Origin: Promethearchaeia archaeon
GTDB taxonomy: Archaea > Asgardarchaeota > Lokiarchaeia > Sigyniarchaeales > SOKP01
DNA: 64,000 nt
Reading direction: 5' to 3'
Assembly: GCA_029856045.1 (NCBI GenBank)
Contig: JAHQWG010000016.1
Location: 192,001-256,000 of the forward strand
Positions 20,890 through 30,622 of the stretch are shown here, piece by piece. Each line of letters begins with the position of its first letter. The first letter of the stretch is position 1. The position numbers were made by a program, and so were the translations under genes. The notes under the pieces were generated by a model, which worked only from the letters and a program-made list of their open reading frames with translations, did not search any database and had not been told where the DNA came from.

Positions 20890-21843
20890 ATGAAATTAGA
20901 GGTGGATAAAATGATAAGACATTTATTAAAGATATCTGATTTCACAAAAGAGGAGTCCGAGAGAATTATTAACAAAGCAATTGAAATCAAGGCAAAGATG
21001 GAAAATTATAATACTATTTTGAAAAATAAAACCCTTTTAATGCTTTTTGAGAAACCATCTTTAAGAACTCGTGTTTCTTTTGAAACAGGAATGGAACAAC
21101 TTGGTGGTCATGCAATTTTTTATTCAATAAAAGATTCTCCTCTTGGAAAGAAAGAGAATATACATGATACAGCAAAAGTTACCTCAAGGTTTGTTGATTT
21201 GATTGCTGCTAGGGTTTTTAAAAGGGAGGATCTTCGAGAACTGGCAAAACACTCAGATGTTCCCGTTATAAATATGTTAGATGATTTTGCCCACCCTTGT
21301 CAAATCCTTAGCGATTTTCAAACTATTAAAGAGAAAAAAAATCGTCTTAAAAACTTGAAGATCTCATATTTTGGAGATGCTCATAATAACGTTACCTATG
21401 ACCTTATGAGGATGACTGCAATATTTGGTTTAAGAATGGATGTTGCATGTCCCAAGGGTGTAGAGTATTCCCCTGAGCAAGAAGTACTAGATGAGGTTGC
21501 AGAACTTTCAAGGAATACTGGAGCTGTAGTTAGGGTAATTGATAATGCCATAGAAGCCGCAAAGGAATCTGATATTGTATATACCGATTCATGGATGTCT
21601 TATGGAATTCCAGAAGAGCAAGAAGAAGAAAGAAAGAAAGATTTTATGCCCTATCAAGTAACCTCCATTATTATGTCAGCAGCAAAACCTGAAGCAATTT
21701 TCATGAATTGTCTACCTGCTATGCGAGGATATGAACAGACCGCCGAAATTATTGACGGTCCTCAATCTATAGTCTTTGATCAGGCAGAAAATCGCTTGCA
21801 TGCACAAAAAGCAATAATATTATTTTTACTTGACAAATTTTAA
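20890..21843 (+). CDS. argF: Ornithine carbamoyltransferase
   Basis: FEKPSLRTR, HPCQ, YTDSWMS, MNCLP, DQAENRLH. Confidence 0.95.
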   Translation: MKLEVDKMIRHLLKISDFTKEESERIINKAIEIKAKMENYNTILKNKTLLMLFEKPSLRTRVSFETGMEQLGGHAIFYSIKDSPLGKKENIHDTAKVTSRFVDLIAARVFKREDLRELAKHSDVPVINMLDDFAHPCQILSDFQTIKEKKNRLKNLKISYFGDAHNNVTYDLMRMTAIFGLRMDVACPKGVEYSPEQEVLDEVAELSRNTGAVVRVIDNAIEAAKESDIVYTDSWMSYGIPEEQEEERKKDFMPYQVTSIIMSAAKPEAIFMNCLPAMRGYEQTAEIIDGPQSIVFDQAENRLHAQKAIILFLLDKF

Positions 21844-21875
21844 AAAAAAATGCCTAGTTTTGGAGAAAAATTATT

Positions 21876-22781
21876 ATGAAAACTTTAATCGTTGCGCTTG
21901 GTGGAAACGCGCTAATTAAGTTTGGAGAAGAAGGAACTACTGAAGAACAATTTAGAAATTTACGAACTCCAATCAGACAAATTGCCGAATTATCAAAGGA
22001 ATATAATATCATTATAACACATGGAAATGGACCTCAAGTTGGAAACCTTCTACTGCAACAAGAGGCAACTAATGAAGTCACAAAAAGACCCTTGGGGATT
22101 TTAGTAGCTGAAACCCAAGGACAAATTGGATATATGATCGAATCAACCTTGGATGAGGAACTTATGCGCCTTAATATTGATGTTGAAAAACTATTTCTTA
22201 CTGTGTTGACATATGTACAAGTTGATCCTGAAGATCCAGCATTTAAACACCCAACTAAACCAATCGGACCTGCTTATTCAGAACCAGAACCTGGGTTTGT
22301 AAAAACTCCAAAAGGATGGCGACGAGTTGTTCCCTCTCCAAAACCCATCAAAATCTATCAATGGCGTGAAATTGAAAAATTAATCCAAGAAAATTTTATT
22401 GTAATTGCTTGCGGTGGTGGAGGAATTCCTGTGATAAAAGATGGTAGACGATTGCAAGGGGTTGAAGCTGTTATTGATAAAGATCTTGCTAGTGCAAAAT
22501 TGGGCCAACAAGTTGGTGCAGACATTCTGTTAATTGCAACTGATGTTGAATATGTTGCCTTGAATTATAAAAAACCAAATCAAAGGAATCTATTAAACCT
22601 TTCAATTTCAGATGTAAAAAAATATCTAAAGGAAGGACAGTTCCCAACTGGAAATATGGGCCCAAAAATGGAAGCTGTTATAAACTTTTTGGAATCTGGT
22701 GGAGAAAAAGCAATTATAACATCAATTGAAAATATCAAAGTAGCATTGCACGGAAAAACAGGAACTCAAATATATAAATAA
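21876..22781 (+). CDS. arcC: Carbamate kinase
   Basis: ALGGNAL, THGNGPQVG, PTKPIGP, RRVVPSPKP, GGGGIPV, EAVIDKD, MGPK. Confidence 0.96.
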   Translation: MKTLIVALGGNALIKFGEEGTTEEQFRNLRTPIRQIAELSKEYNIIITHGNGPQVGNLLLQQEATNEVTKRPLGILVAETQGQIGYMIESTLDEELMRLNIDVEKLFLTVLTYVQVDPEDPAFKHPTKPIGPAYSEPEPGFVKTPKGWRRVVPSPKPIKIYQWREIEKLIQENFIVIACGGGGIPVIKDGRRLQGVEAVIDKDLASAKLGQQVGADILLIATDVEYVALNYKKPNQRNLLNLSISDVKKYLKEGQFPTGNMGPKMEAVINFLESGGEKAIITSIENIKVALHGKTGTQIYK

Positions 22782-22842
22782 GTAATTAAATTTAATTATT
22801 ATTATCTATTGAAAAGAGAAAAATGATTGTATTATAGGACAT

Positions 22843-24102
22843 TTAATCAACAATTACATTTTCAATTATCTTCAAAGCCCAATCAATTTCTTTCTTGGTA
22901 ATTATTAAAGGTGGAGCGAAACGAATAGTTGTTGAATGAGTATCTTTGGCTAGAATTCCCTGTTCTTTTAGTTTCTCTACGAAATGTCTTGCCTCTCCCT
23001 CAAACTCAATGGCGATTAATAAACCCTTTCCCCTTACTTCTTTAACCGGGACTTTTGTTTTCTTATTTGTGATCTTTTTTAATCCATCAATAAAATAAGC
23101 ACCAATTTCTCTTGCTCGTTCTGCGAGATTTTCATTAATATGAACATCCAATGATTTCATAGCAACTGCAGCTGCTAGAGGGTTACCACCAAAGGTACTT
23201 CCATGGGTTCCTGGAGTTATTATCTCTGGACCAATTATCTCAGCTGTTGTTACAACTGCTGAAACTGGATATACTCCTCCTCCAAGCGCTTTACCAAGTA
23301 GAAACATATCTGGTTTGACATTTTCATGATCACACGCGAAAAGTTTTCCAGTCCTACAAAAACCCGTCTGTATTTCATCAACCATTAACAAAATATTATA
23401 TTTAGAACAAATCTTTCTTATCTTTCTTAAATATCCCTCTGGAGGGACTTTCACTCCCGCCTCTCCTTGGATTGGTTCAACTAAAAATGCTGCCACTTTT
23501 CCTGGACCAATTTCTAAGATTGTATTTTCCAATTTTTCTGCATCTCCATAAGGGATAATTGTAAACCCAGGCGTAAAAGGACCAAAATTATCGAAATATC
23601 TTGCATGTTGAATATCTGTACTTAATCCTACTAAAGTAATCGTTCTTCCGTGAAAATTATCATTACATACAATAATATTTGCCTCTCCTTTTGGTATCTT
23701 TTTCTTTATATAACTCCATGCTCTTGCTACTTTTAAACCTGTCTCCACTGCTTCTGCCCCCGTATTCATTGGCAAAGCCATTATCCCTGTTTTTTTTGGA
23801 TTATTCACATGTGGCCCAACAATATCACATAACTGTTTTAAATATGGTCCCATCATGTCATTATGGAATGCTCGAGAAGTTAGAGTTACTTTATCAGCTT
23901 GGTCTTTCAATGCTTTTATTATTTCAGGATGACAATGTCCAGTATTTTGACTTGAATATGCTGATAAACAGTCAAGATATTTTTTTCCTTCTGGATCATA
24001 TACCCAACACCCTTCTGCTTTTGATATAACTACAGAGATGGGATGATAATTATGAGCACCGTATTTTAAATCCATTTCAATGAATTCTTTTGAAGTTGGC
24101 AT
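22843..24102 (-). CDS. rocD: Ornithine--oxo-acid aminotransferase
   Basis: GAHNYHP, DCLSAYS, LTSRAF, PMNTGAEAVE, EPIQGEAG, DEIQTG, LGKALGGG, HGSTFGGNPL. Confidence 0.93.
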   Translation of the reverse strand: MPTSKEFIEMDLKYGAHNYHPISVVISKAEGCWVYDPEGKKYLDCLSAYSSQNTGHCHPEIIKALKDQADKVTLTSRAFHNDMMGPYLKQLCDIVGPHVNNPKKTGIMALPMNTGAEAVETGLKVARAWSYIKKKIPKGEANIIVCNDNFHGRTITLVGLSTDIQHARYFDNFGPFTPGFTIIPYGDAEKLENTILEIGPGKVAAFLVEPIQGEAGVKVPPEGYLRKIRKICSKYNILLMVDEIQTGFCRTGKLFACDHENVKPDMFLLGKALGGGVYPVSAVVTTAEIIGPEIITPGTHGSTFGGNPLAAAVAMKSLDVHINENLAERAREIGAYFIDGLKKITNKKTKVPVKEVRGKGLLIAIEFEGEARHFVEKLKEQGILAKDTHSTTIRFAPPLIITKKEIDWALKIIENVIVD

Positions 24103-24382
24103 AAGATTTCAACTTTTGACAAGAGTTTTTTATATCTATTTTTTTCTAATATAATTATTCTATTTTTATAAAATAATTAAATTTTATTATGATTTTATTG
24201 CTTATATAAACTTGAAGATTATATTTATCATTTTACAATCAGATTTTGAGTAATTTGAGAGGAAAAACCAAATAATAAATAAAAATGTACTCTTTAAATA
24301 CTTAAAACTAAGAAATATGGCATAGGTGGAATTTATTTATTGATCCATCTTTGGAATTATATTTTTAATTGGTGTTTTTATA

Positions 24383-25354
24383 TTGAATAAAGATCTAAAA
24401 TCTCTTCTGAAATCTGCCAAACTCCTCTTTATCGGAGGTAAAGGTGGCGTTGGTAAAACCACACTAGCATCTGCTTCAGCTATCTGGGCTGCAGAACATG
24501 GTAGAAAAACATTAATAATTAGTACTGATCCAGCACATTCTTTAGGTGATTCTTTAGATCAAAAATTACCACAAGGAGAAACCACTCAAGTGGAAAATGT
24601 TATCAATTTATTTGCTTTAGAAATTAATCCAAAAATCAATCTGGAAGAATATCAATCAGCTATGAATGTAAATCCACTTGATTCTATGCCTTTTGGAGAT
24701 TCTTTGCCTTTTATGGAAGATATTGGGAGTTTTGCGAGCATGAATCCTCCAGGAATAGATGAGGCAATGGCTTTTGGAAAAGTTTTGGAATTTATTGAGA
24801 CGGAATCAGATTTTGATTTGGTAGTTTTTGATACAGCTCCAACAGGGCATACTTTACGTCTTCTTTCGTTACCAGATCTTTTATCTGGCTGGATTGGAAA
24901 ATTAATATCTCTTCGTTTAAAATTAGGGAAAGTATTTGGTATGTTTAAAAAAATGTTCTCAAAAACTGAAGTGAAGGAGGAAGATCCATTTGAAATGTTT
25001 AAAAAATTAAAAAATTCAATAGTAAATGCTAAGGATGAATTAAAGGATCCGTCAAAAACATCATTTATAGTCGTCATGATCTCGGAAGCTATGGCTCTTT
25101 ATGAAACCGAGCGATTATTAAGGGGTCTTTATCAATATGAAATCCCTGTATCCAATATAATTATTAACCAATTATTTCCAGAATCTGTTGATTGTAAATT
25201 CTGCCAATCTCGACGTAATATGCAAATGAAAAACCTAAAAGAGATTAGATATATTTATGAGGAAGATTTTAATTTAATAGAAATCCCTTTATTTGATAAT
25301 GAAATTAAGGGCTATGAACAGTTAAAAAAATTAAGTAAATATTTATTTCAATAA
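24383..25354 (+). CDS. ArsA/Get3 (TRC40) family ATPase
   Basis: GKGGVGKTT, STDPAHSL, PGIDE, DTAPTGHTLRLL, C-terminal CKFC; single domain. Confidence 0.9.
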   Translation: MNKDLKSLLKSAKLLFIGGKGGVGKTTLASASAIWAAEHGRKTLIISTDPAHSLGDSLDQKLPQGETTQVENVINLFALEINPKINLEEYQSAMNVNPLDSMPFGDSLPFMEDIGSFASMNPPGIDEAMAFGKVLEFIETESDFDLVVFDTAPTGHTLRLLSLPDLLSGWIGKLISLRLKLGKVFGMFKKMFSKTEVKEEDPFEMFKKLKNSIVNAKDELKDPSKTSFIVVMISEAMALYETERLLRGLYQYEIPVSNIIINQLFPESVDCKFCQSRRNMQMKNLKEIRYIYEEDFNLIEIPLFDNEIKGYEQLKKLSKYLFQ

Positions 25355-26307
25355 GGAGCAATATTCTCCTTTATCTCACAAAAAAGGCAAATTTCTCTAT
25401 TTTTTCCACAAGGTTGATTACATATTTTACAAGTATTAAAATCCGATTCTTTGTCCTTTAATTGTTGATTATATCCCCATAAAATATCAGATAATTCTAT
25501 AAAACCTTTGAAGAGGTTGAATTTTATTTCAGGACTATATTCTTCACAATTATTTAGAAACGATTGCACTCTTTTACGTAAAATCGGATATTTTATTTTA
25601 TAAGGGCAAGGAACATTAACAAAATTTAATCCTTTGTTTTGCGCATACAGAAGAATTTCCTTTTCGGGAATTTTCATTAAAGGTTTTTCCTTTTTCATGT
25701 ATATTATATTATTTTCTTCAAGAAATGGATTCATTCTCGAAATTTTGTTAAAATCTTTTCTTAAAAAATTCATTAAGAATGTTTGAGAAACATCATCCAA
25801 GTTATGTCCTAGAACCAAAACGGTTCCACCTAATCTCTTTCCTTCGTCATTAAGCAATCGGCGTCTAATTGTTGCACATATATTACACGGATAAATTTCT
25901 CCATAATTATTTTTATAAATTTCCAAAATTTCTTCCATACTTTTTCCCAATTTCTCTTTAAATGAAATAATTTTATGCTCAACCTTATTTATTTTACAAT
26001 ATTCTTTAGATTTTATTATACACTTCTCTCTATATTCTGAAATACCTTCATTAATTGTTAATGCAATAATCGAAGGAGAATTAGGAATTTTTTTTTGTAT
26101 CGTAATTAAATTGCATAAAAGTACCATCGAATCCTTCCCACCAGATAAACCTAGGATTATTTTATCTTGTGGTTTCAACATTTTAAATTTAGAAATCGTT
26201 TTATAGATTTGGTGCTCAATAGATTTATTAAAACAATTACCGCATAAATTTTCACCAGAATGTTTTCTGTGATATATACTATTATTTTCGCAATAACTAC
26301 ATTTCAT
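25348..26307 (-). CDS. tRNA 2-thiolation protein (TtuA/Ncs6 family)
   Basis: N- and C-terminal Zn fingers, SGGKDS PP-loop, CNIC, GHNLDD, CPY. Confidence 0.88.
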   Translation of the reverse strand: MKCSYCENNSIYHRKHSGENLCGNCFNKSIEHQIYKTISKFKMLKPQDKIILGLSGGKDSMVLLCNLITIQKKIPNSPSIIALTINEGISEYREKCIIKSKEYCKINKVEHKIISFKEKLGKSMEEILEIYKNNYGEIYPCNICATIRRRLLNDEGKRLGGTVLVLGHNLDDVSQTFLMNFLRKDFNKISRMNPFLEENNIIYMKKEKPLMKIPEKEILLYAQNKGLNFVNVPCPYKIKYPILRKRVQSFLNNCEEYSPEIKFNLFKGFIELSDILWGYNQQLKDKESDFNTCKICNQPCGKNREICLFCEIKENIAPY

Positions 26308-26324
26308 ATTTTACTTATTTTACA

Positions 26325-28433
26325 TCAAAAATTAAATATACTTGAAATATCCCCAAATCTCATAAATGATAAAATAATATTAGCTAAAAAAGCTAATGTA
26401 ATAATCAACCTGATCGAATTTATTATTTTTTTCTTGATTGGACTCTTACTATCAAATTGATATTCATAATTAACTTCAAAAATTGACTTTTCTTTAATTT
26501 TTGATGTCTCTGGAAATGTTAAAGCCAAAACATCCTTAAAACCATCTCCAGTTCCATCAATTAAATGATAGTTATCTAAGCCAATAATTATTTCTCCTTC
26601 TTCAGATTTTAATTTTAATGAATTTATTTTGTTTATTCTATATTGATTTAATGGATACTCTTTTTTCTCTCTTTTATAGTAAAATTCTTCTATCTTCTTT
26701 TCTATAGAATCATATTTTTCACCAATTATTTTATTAATAATCTCGTTAATTATTCGATCTCCATCAAAAATTGGAATAGGCAACATATTAAATATGGTAA
26801 CACTAAAAGAAACCACAAAAAACCATAAAAGTTGTCTTAATAAATAAAAAGGAAAGTTGCCTGATAACCAAATTGATAAAAAATTTTTTGGTATCCAATA
26901 ATTCTTATTACTAAATATGCCAATTTTAACTGACTTAGTAGGAATTTCTAACGTATTTGTATTAATTTCTAAAATTTCTTGGTCTCGTTTAATTTTAAAA
27001 TTGATAGGTTCACTAGGATTTAAAGTTAAATTATCAATTATATTCTTAAAACTATGTTCGTTCGATTGTATACCAATCCCTTCTACCTCAAGGATTTGAT
27101 CACCTTCCTTAAGTATCCCCTCATTTATACCAGATTCAGTTAAATTATTAAAAACCTTTGAAATATGTATATCATTATTACCTAGATCTTCATAAAGGAT
27201 TCCCATATACAAATTTTCAAAAATAAATGCCCCGGGAACTAAAGGTACAGCATCAACATCCAATAAATAGGATACTCCGCTATCTGCTGTAAGATTTAGA
27301 TAATCACCTGGTTGGACTTGAGTTAAAATATAATCTATTGTTATGTTATTGGATACATCAACTTGAGTTCCATTAATCTTAGTAATGAGAGTCCCAATAG
27401 TTAGATTTTTATCGTAATTATTTCCTCCTTGAAGGGCGGAATATACTTGGTTTATTTTTAATTCTCCATTTGAAATATTCTCATAAGAAATTCCAATAAA
27501 ATTGTAGATCCCCAAATTAACAGACTTATATAAATATGAATTGGAATTTGCATTATAAATCGTAAAATTAAGAGAATCTCCAACTGAACATTTAATTTGA
27601 GTTTTATTTACTAATATATTGTCTAAATCAACACCATTGTCAACATCAATTAAAGTCTCGTTTATCGCTACTACAACATCTCCCTCGATTAAATTATTAT
27701 AATTATACCCTCCTTCATATGGCTGAGAAACGTAATCAATTTGAAACACTCTAGGTCCATAAGAAGGAGTAATTAAACCTGTAAAATTTAATATGAGTAA
27801 AATACCAATACCAGCCATTATTGCATTTGAATATGTGCCTGCTGCTGCAATTCTCAGACGGGTTTTCCATAAACTTGGTTTTGAATTTAAAGTGTGTTCA
27901 TCAACTTCACAATAGGCTCCAAAACCTAACAAATAAAATAACCCTCCTGCAAAAACTCCTGTTGATAAAACATTAATATTATCTGATCCTGCAGCCATTG
28001 CATGAGAAAATTCATGAATGGTAACAACGAATAGTATTGGAATTATTAAGTACGCAAATGTTGGAAGATCAATTGTTAACCCAGGAACCAATGGAATAAG
28101 AGCATTTTCAATCGATGGACTAATTAGTAATGATACTAGATTATAAAATATGAGCCAAATTCCATAAATCATAAAAAAAAAAGAAACAAAAAATCCACAA
28201 CTCCAAAATATACGCCAAAATTTTGGGTGCCATTGAGATACTCTCTTCAAAAATTTATTTAAACGTTTTGTTCCAACCATTGCAAATAATGGAATAAAAA
28301 TATACATCAATCCTTTTCTTTTTTTTCCGAATACTATGATAATGATGAGCATAATTATCCAAAATATTGAGGATATTATAAAAAAAGGATTTAACACTAT
28401 TTCTAATACAATTTCAATTAAATTTATTGACAT
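26325..28433 (-). CDS. Site-2 (M50) intramembrane metalloprotease with PDZ-like repeats
   Basis: HEFSH zinc motif, RIAAAG, FNMLPIPIFDG, multiple TM segments, three internal PDZ-like repeats. Confidence 0.88.
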   Translation of the reverse strand: MSINLIEIVLEIVLNPFFIISSIFWIIMLIIIIVFGKKRKGLMYIFIPLFAMVGTKRLNKFLKRVSQWHPKFWRIFWSCGFFVSFFFMIYGIWLIFYNLVSLLISPSIENALIPLVPGLTIDLPTFAYLIIPILFVVTIHEFSHAMAAGSDNINVLSTGVFAGGLFYLLGFGAYCEVDEHTLNSKPSLWKTRLRIAAAGTYSNAIMAGIGILLILNFTGLITPSYGPRVFQIDYVSQPYEGGYNYNNLIEGDVVVAINETLIDVDNGVDLDNILVNKTQIKCSVGDSLNFTIYNANSNSYLYKSVNLGIYNFIGISYENISNGELKINQVYSALQGGNNYDKNLTIGTLITKINGTQVDVSNNITIDYILTQVQPGDYLNLTADSGVSYLLDVDAVPLVPGAFIFENLYMGILYEDLGNNDIHISKVFNNLTESGINEGILKEGDQILEVEGIGIQSNEHSFKNIIDNLTLNPSEPINFKIKRDQEILEINTNTLEIPTKSVKIGIFSNKNYWIPKNFLSIWLSGNFPFYLLRQLLWFFVVSFSVTIFNMLPIPIFDGDRIINEIINKIIGEKYDSIEKKIEEFYYKREKKEYPLNQYRINKINSLKLKSEEGEIIIGLDNYHLIDGTGDGFKDVLALTFPETSKIKEKSIFEVNYEYQFDSKSPIKKKIINSIRLIITLAFLANIILSFMRFGDISSIFNF

Positions 28434-28556
28434 AATTTAAATTTATTTTAAAGCCTGTTGAAAAAACTAAATTAGTATATTTAAATATTAATTTCAAAAA
28501 AAGGCTTTTGTTAATATTTTTTTTTTCTCTCTTTTTTCATGAAAAATTGAAAATAA

Positions 28557-28656
28557 TGGTAGAGGGGGTTGGATTTGAACCAACGATCTCAGGGTTTCTT
28601 AATGGCAGATACCAATTATGAGCCCTGCAGCATAAACCAGGCTAGCCCACCCCTCT
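28557..28656 (-). tRNA. Initiator tRNA-Met(CAT) with 21-nt intron at 37/38 (28596-28616), CCA encoded
   Basis: Reverse complement AGAGGGG...CAGGG CT CAT A[intron]A CCCTG...GGTTCAAATCC..CCCCTCT ACCA; A1:U72 and three consecutive G-C pairs in the anticodon stem are initiator hallmarks. Confidence 0.92.
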
Positions 28657-29023
28657 ATTCTTAACTCTTTACTAATCTTCTCGTATTTATTTATATTAAA
28701 AATTATATTAATTTATGATTAAATGTTAATAAAGATAAATATTATATTAATTTTAATATTCGCTTTTTTATTTAAATAATCTCCTTGAAGCAGACCCCAA
28801 TATTGAGTAATGTATATTTTAAATCCAAATTAAATAGAAATCTTTTTGTTTTTTTCATGATTGAAATAAATTGAATCAAGAAAAAATTTTTAATATTAGT
28901 AATTTTAAAGTAAAATATTATGTTATTAATGGGGAAAATATATATTTGAAACTTCCAAAAAAAATAATAAAAATTAGGATTTTTTCTAAATATTAATAAT
29001 ATTTATTAAATTTAAGAATTAAG

Positions 29024-29749
29024 ATGAGTAATAATACTCAAAGATTAATAAGGTACCCGGCATTAAGATGCTGGATAAAACATATTCTTGAAGGAACATA
29101 CTTACCCAACGAGAAAATACTATTTACAATTTTTGGAAAATATAAACGAGTTAGGATCTACGCAACGGTTTTGGATAAGAAGGAAATTATTAGTCAAAAA
29201 ATTGAAGAAAAATCAGATTTAGACAAAACCGATTTTAATTCAAGGTTAGAATTCGATTTGGATGATGGAACTGGCATAATAAGGGCGATTCTTTGGGGTG
29301 TTGTTGCTGAACAGTATTCCCATATTGTGAAAGGAGATTTGGTTGATGTAATGGGCATTATAAGACAGTGGAAAAATTATTTTTCTATTTCTCCCGAAAT
29401 GATTAAGCATATTGAAAATCCCAATTTTGTACTGTTAAGAGACGCAGAAATAATCAAAAAACTTAAAACCACTGTTCTAATGGAAATTCCAAAGAAAATT
29501 GAAGATGATTTTCCTATTGATGAGCTTTCTGAAGAATATGAAATGAATCATTTATTTAAAAGTGATGATGAAAAAGAACAAGTTCTAGAAAAAATTAAAG
29601 AATTAGGCGGTGAAATTAAAGGGATTCCGTTTGAAGAATTACAGAAATCATTAGTTTTTAATGAAAATGATTTAAAAAAATATCTTAAAGAATTGGAAAT
29701 TGAATCAAGAATATATCAAGTTGAAGAAAATAATTATCAATTGATATAA
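29024..29749 (+). CDS. RPA2/RPA32-like subunit (OB fold plus C-terminal winged helix)
   Basis: RVRIYATV, LDDGTGIIRAILW OB fold, acidic linker, C-terminal L.ELE.E.RIYQ wHTH-like segment. Confidence 0.75.
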   Translation: MSNNTQRLIRYPALRCWIKHILEGTYLPNEKILFTIFGKYKRVRIYATVLDKKEIISQKIEEKSDLDKTDFNSRLEFDLDDGTGIIRAILWGVVAEQYSHIVKGDLVDVMGIIRQWKNYFSISPEMIKHIENPNFVLLRDAEIIKKLKTTVLMEIPKKIEDDFPIDELSEEYEMNHLFKSDDEKEQVLEKIKELGGEIKGIPFEELQKSLVFNENDLKKYLKELEIESRIYQVEENNYQLI

Positions 29750-29896
29750 TAGACATTTTAGACATATTTTATATCAAGTTGTAAAAACTACAAAATTGAG
29801 AGCAAATCGAAAAATTTTTTTTTTTCTGAGAATTAAAATATTTAAGGAGTATTTAAAGAATTAAAAAAAAAAAAATAATGTAAGGGAAATATAAAG

Positions 29897-30307
29897 TTGG
29901 AGTTTGAACAATATAAAAAATATTTAAAACAAGCAATGGATCAAATTCCCGATGGGGCTAAACAAAAAGAGCGATTTATCATTCCAGATGTTGAAATAAG
30001 GCCTGAAGGAAAAAATACTATAATTTTAAATTTTTCTAAAATTATTCAAAAGATAAATAGAGATGCAAAACAGTTTCTACCAATTTTTTTGAAAAATATT
30101 GGCATGATGGGCGAAGATCGAGGAGGTCAATTGTTTTTAAAAGGACGACCTAAAAAAGATGTTCTAAATCGTCAAATAAATGAATATATTAATAGATATG
30201 TTTTATGCAAAATATGTAATAAACCTGATACTAGTATAGCTAAAGAGGATAAGAAATTGTATTTAGTCTGCCAAGCATGTGGAGCACGAACTCCAATTAT
30301 TGAATAA
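29897..30307 (+). CDS. eif2b: Translation initiation factor aIF-2 beta subunit
   Basis: ERFIIP, TIILNF, YVLCKICNKPDT...CQACGA Zn ribbon. Confidence 0.93.
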   Translation: MEFEQYKKYLKQAMDQIPDGAKQKERFIIPDVEIRPEGKNTIILNFSKIIQKINRDAKQFLPIFLKNIGMMGEDRGGQLFLKGRPKKDVLNRQINEYINRYVLCKICNKPDTSIAKEDKKLYLVCQACGARTPIIE

Positions 30308-30324
30308 AATTAGGTGTACTATAG

Positions 30325-30621
30325 TTGCAAGTTTATCTTAAAGTTCATACTCAGGGAACTACTGAGATCATTGCAGTTTGTGACGACGATCTTCTTAATA
30401 AAGAGTTATATGAAGATAATTTTAAATTAAAGATTTCTAATGACTTCTATGGAGGAAAACTAATTGATATAGATGAAGCGATAAATAGATTATCTATAAC
30501 TTCGAATTTTAATATTATTGGTAATAATATCATTAGAAAAGCAATTAAAAGTGGAATTATTCTTGAATCAAGTATTAAAAAAATTGATAATATACCTATG
30601 GCATTAAAGATGATATTTTAA
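30325..30621 (+). CDS. DUF424 family protein
   Basis: IIAVCDDDLL, FYGG, NIIG motifs; usual position next to aIF2-beta and nmd3. Confidence 0.85.
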   Translation: MQVYLKVHTQGTTEIIAVCDDDLLNKELYEDNFKLKISNDFYGGKLIDIDEAINRLSITSNFNIIGNNIIRKAIKSGIILESSIKKIDNIPMALKMIF

Positions 30622-30622
30622 T

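Noticed and set aside
28772-28858. 28-aa ORF MKKTKRFLFNLDLKYTLLNIGVCFKEII near tRNA-Met
   Set aside because: Too short, no motif, plausible by chance
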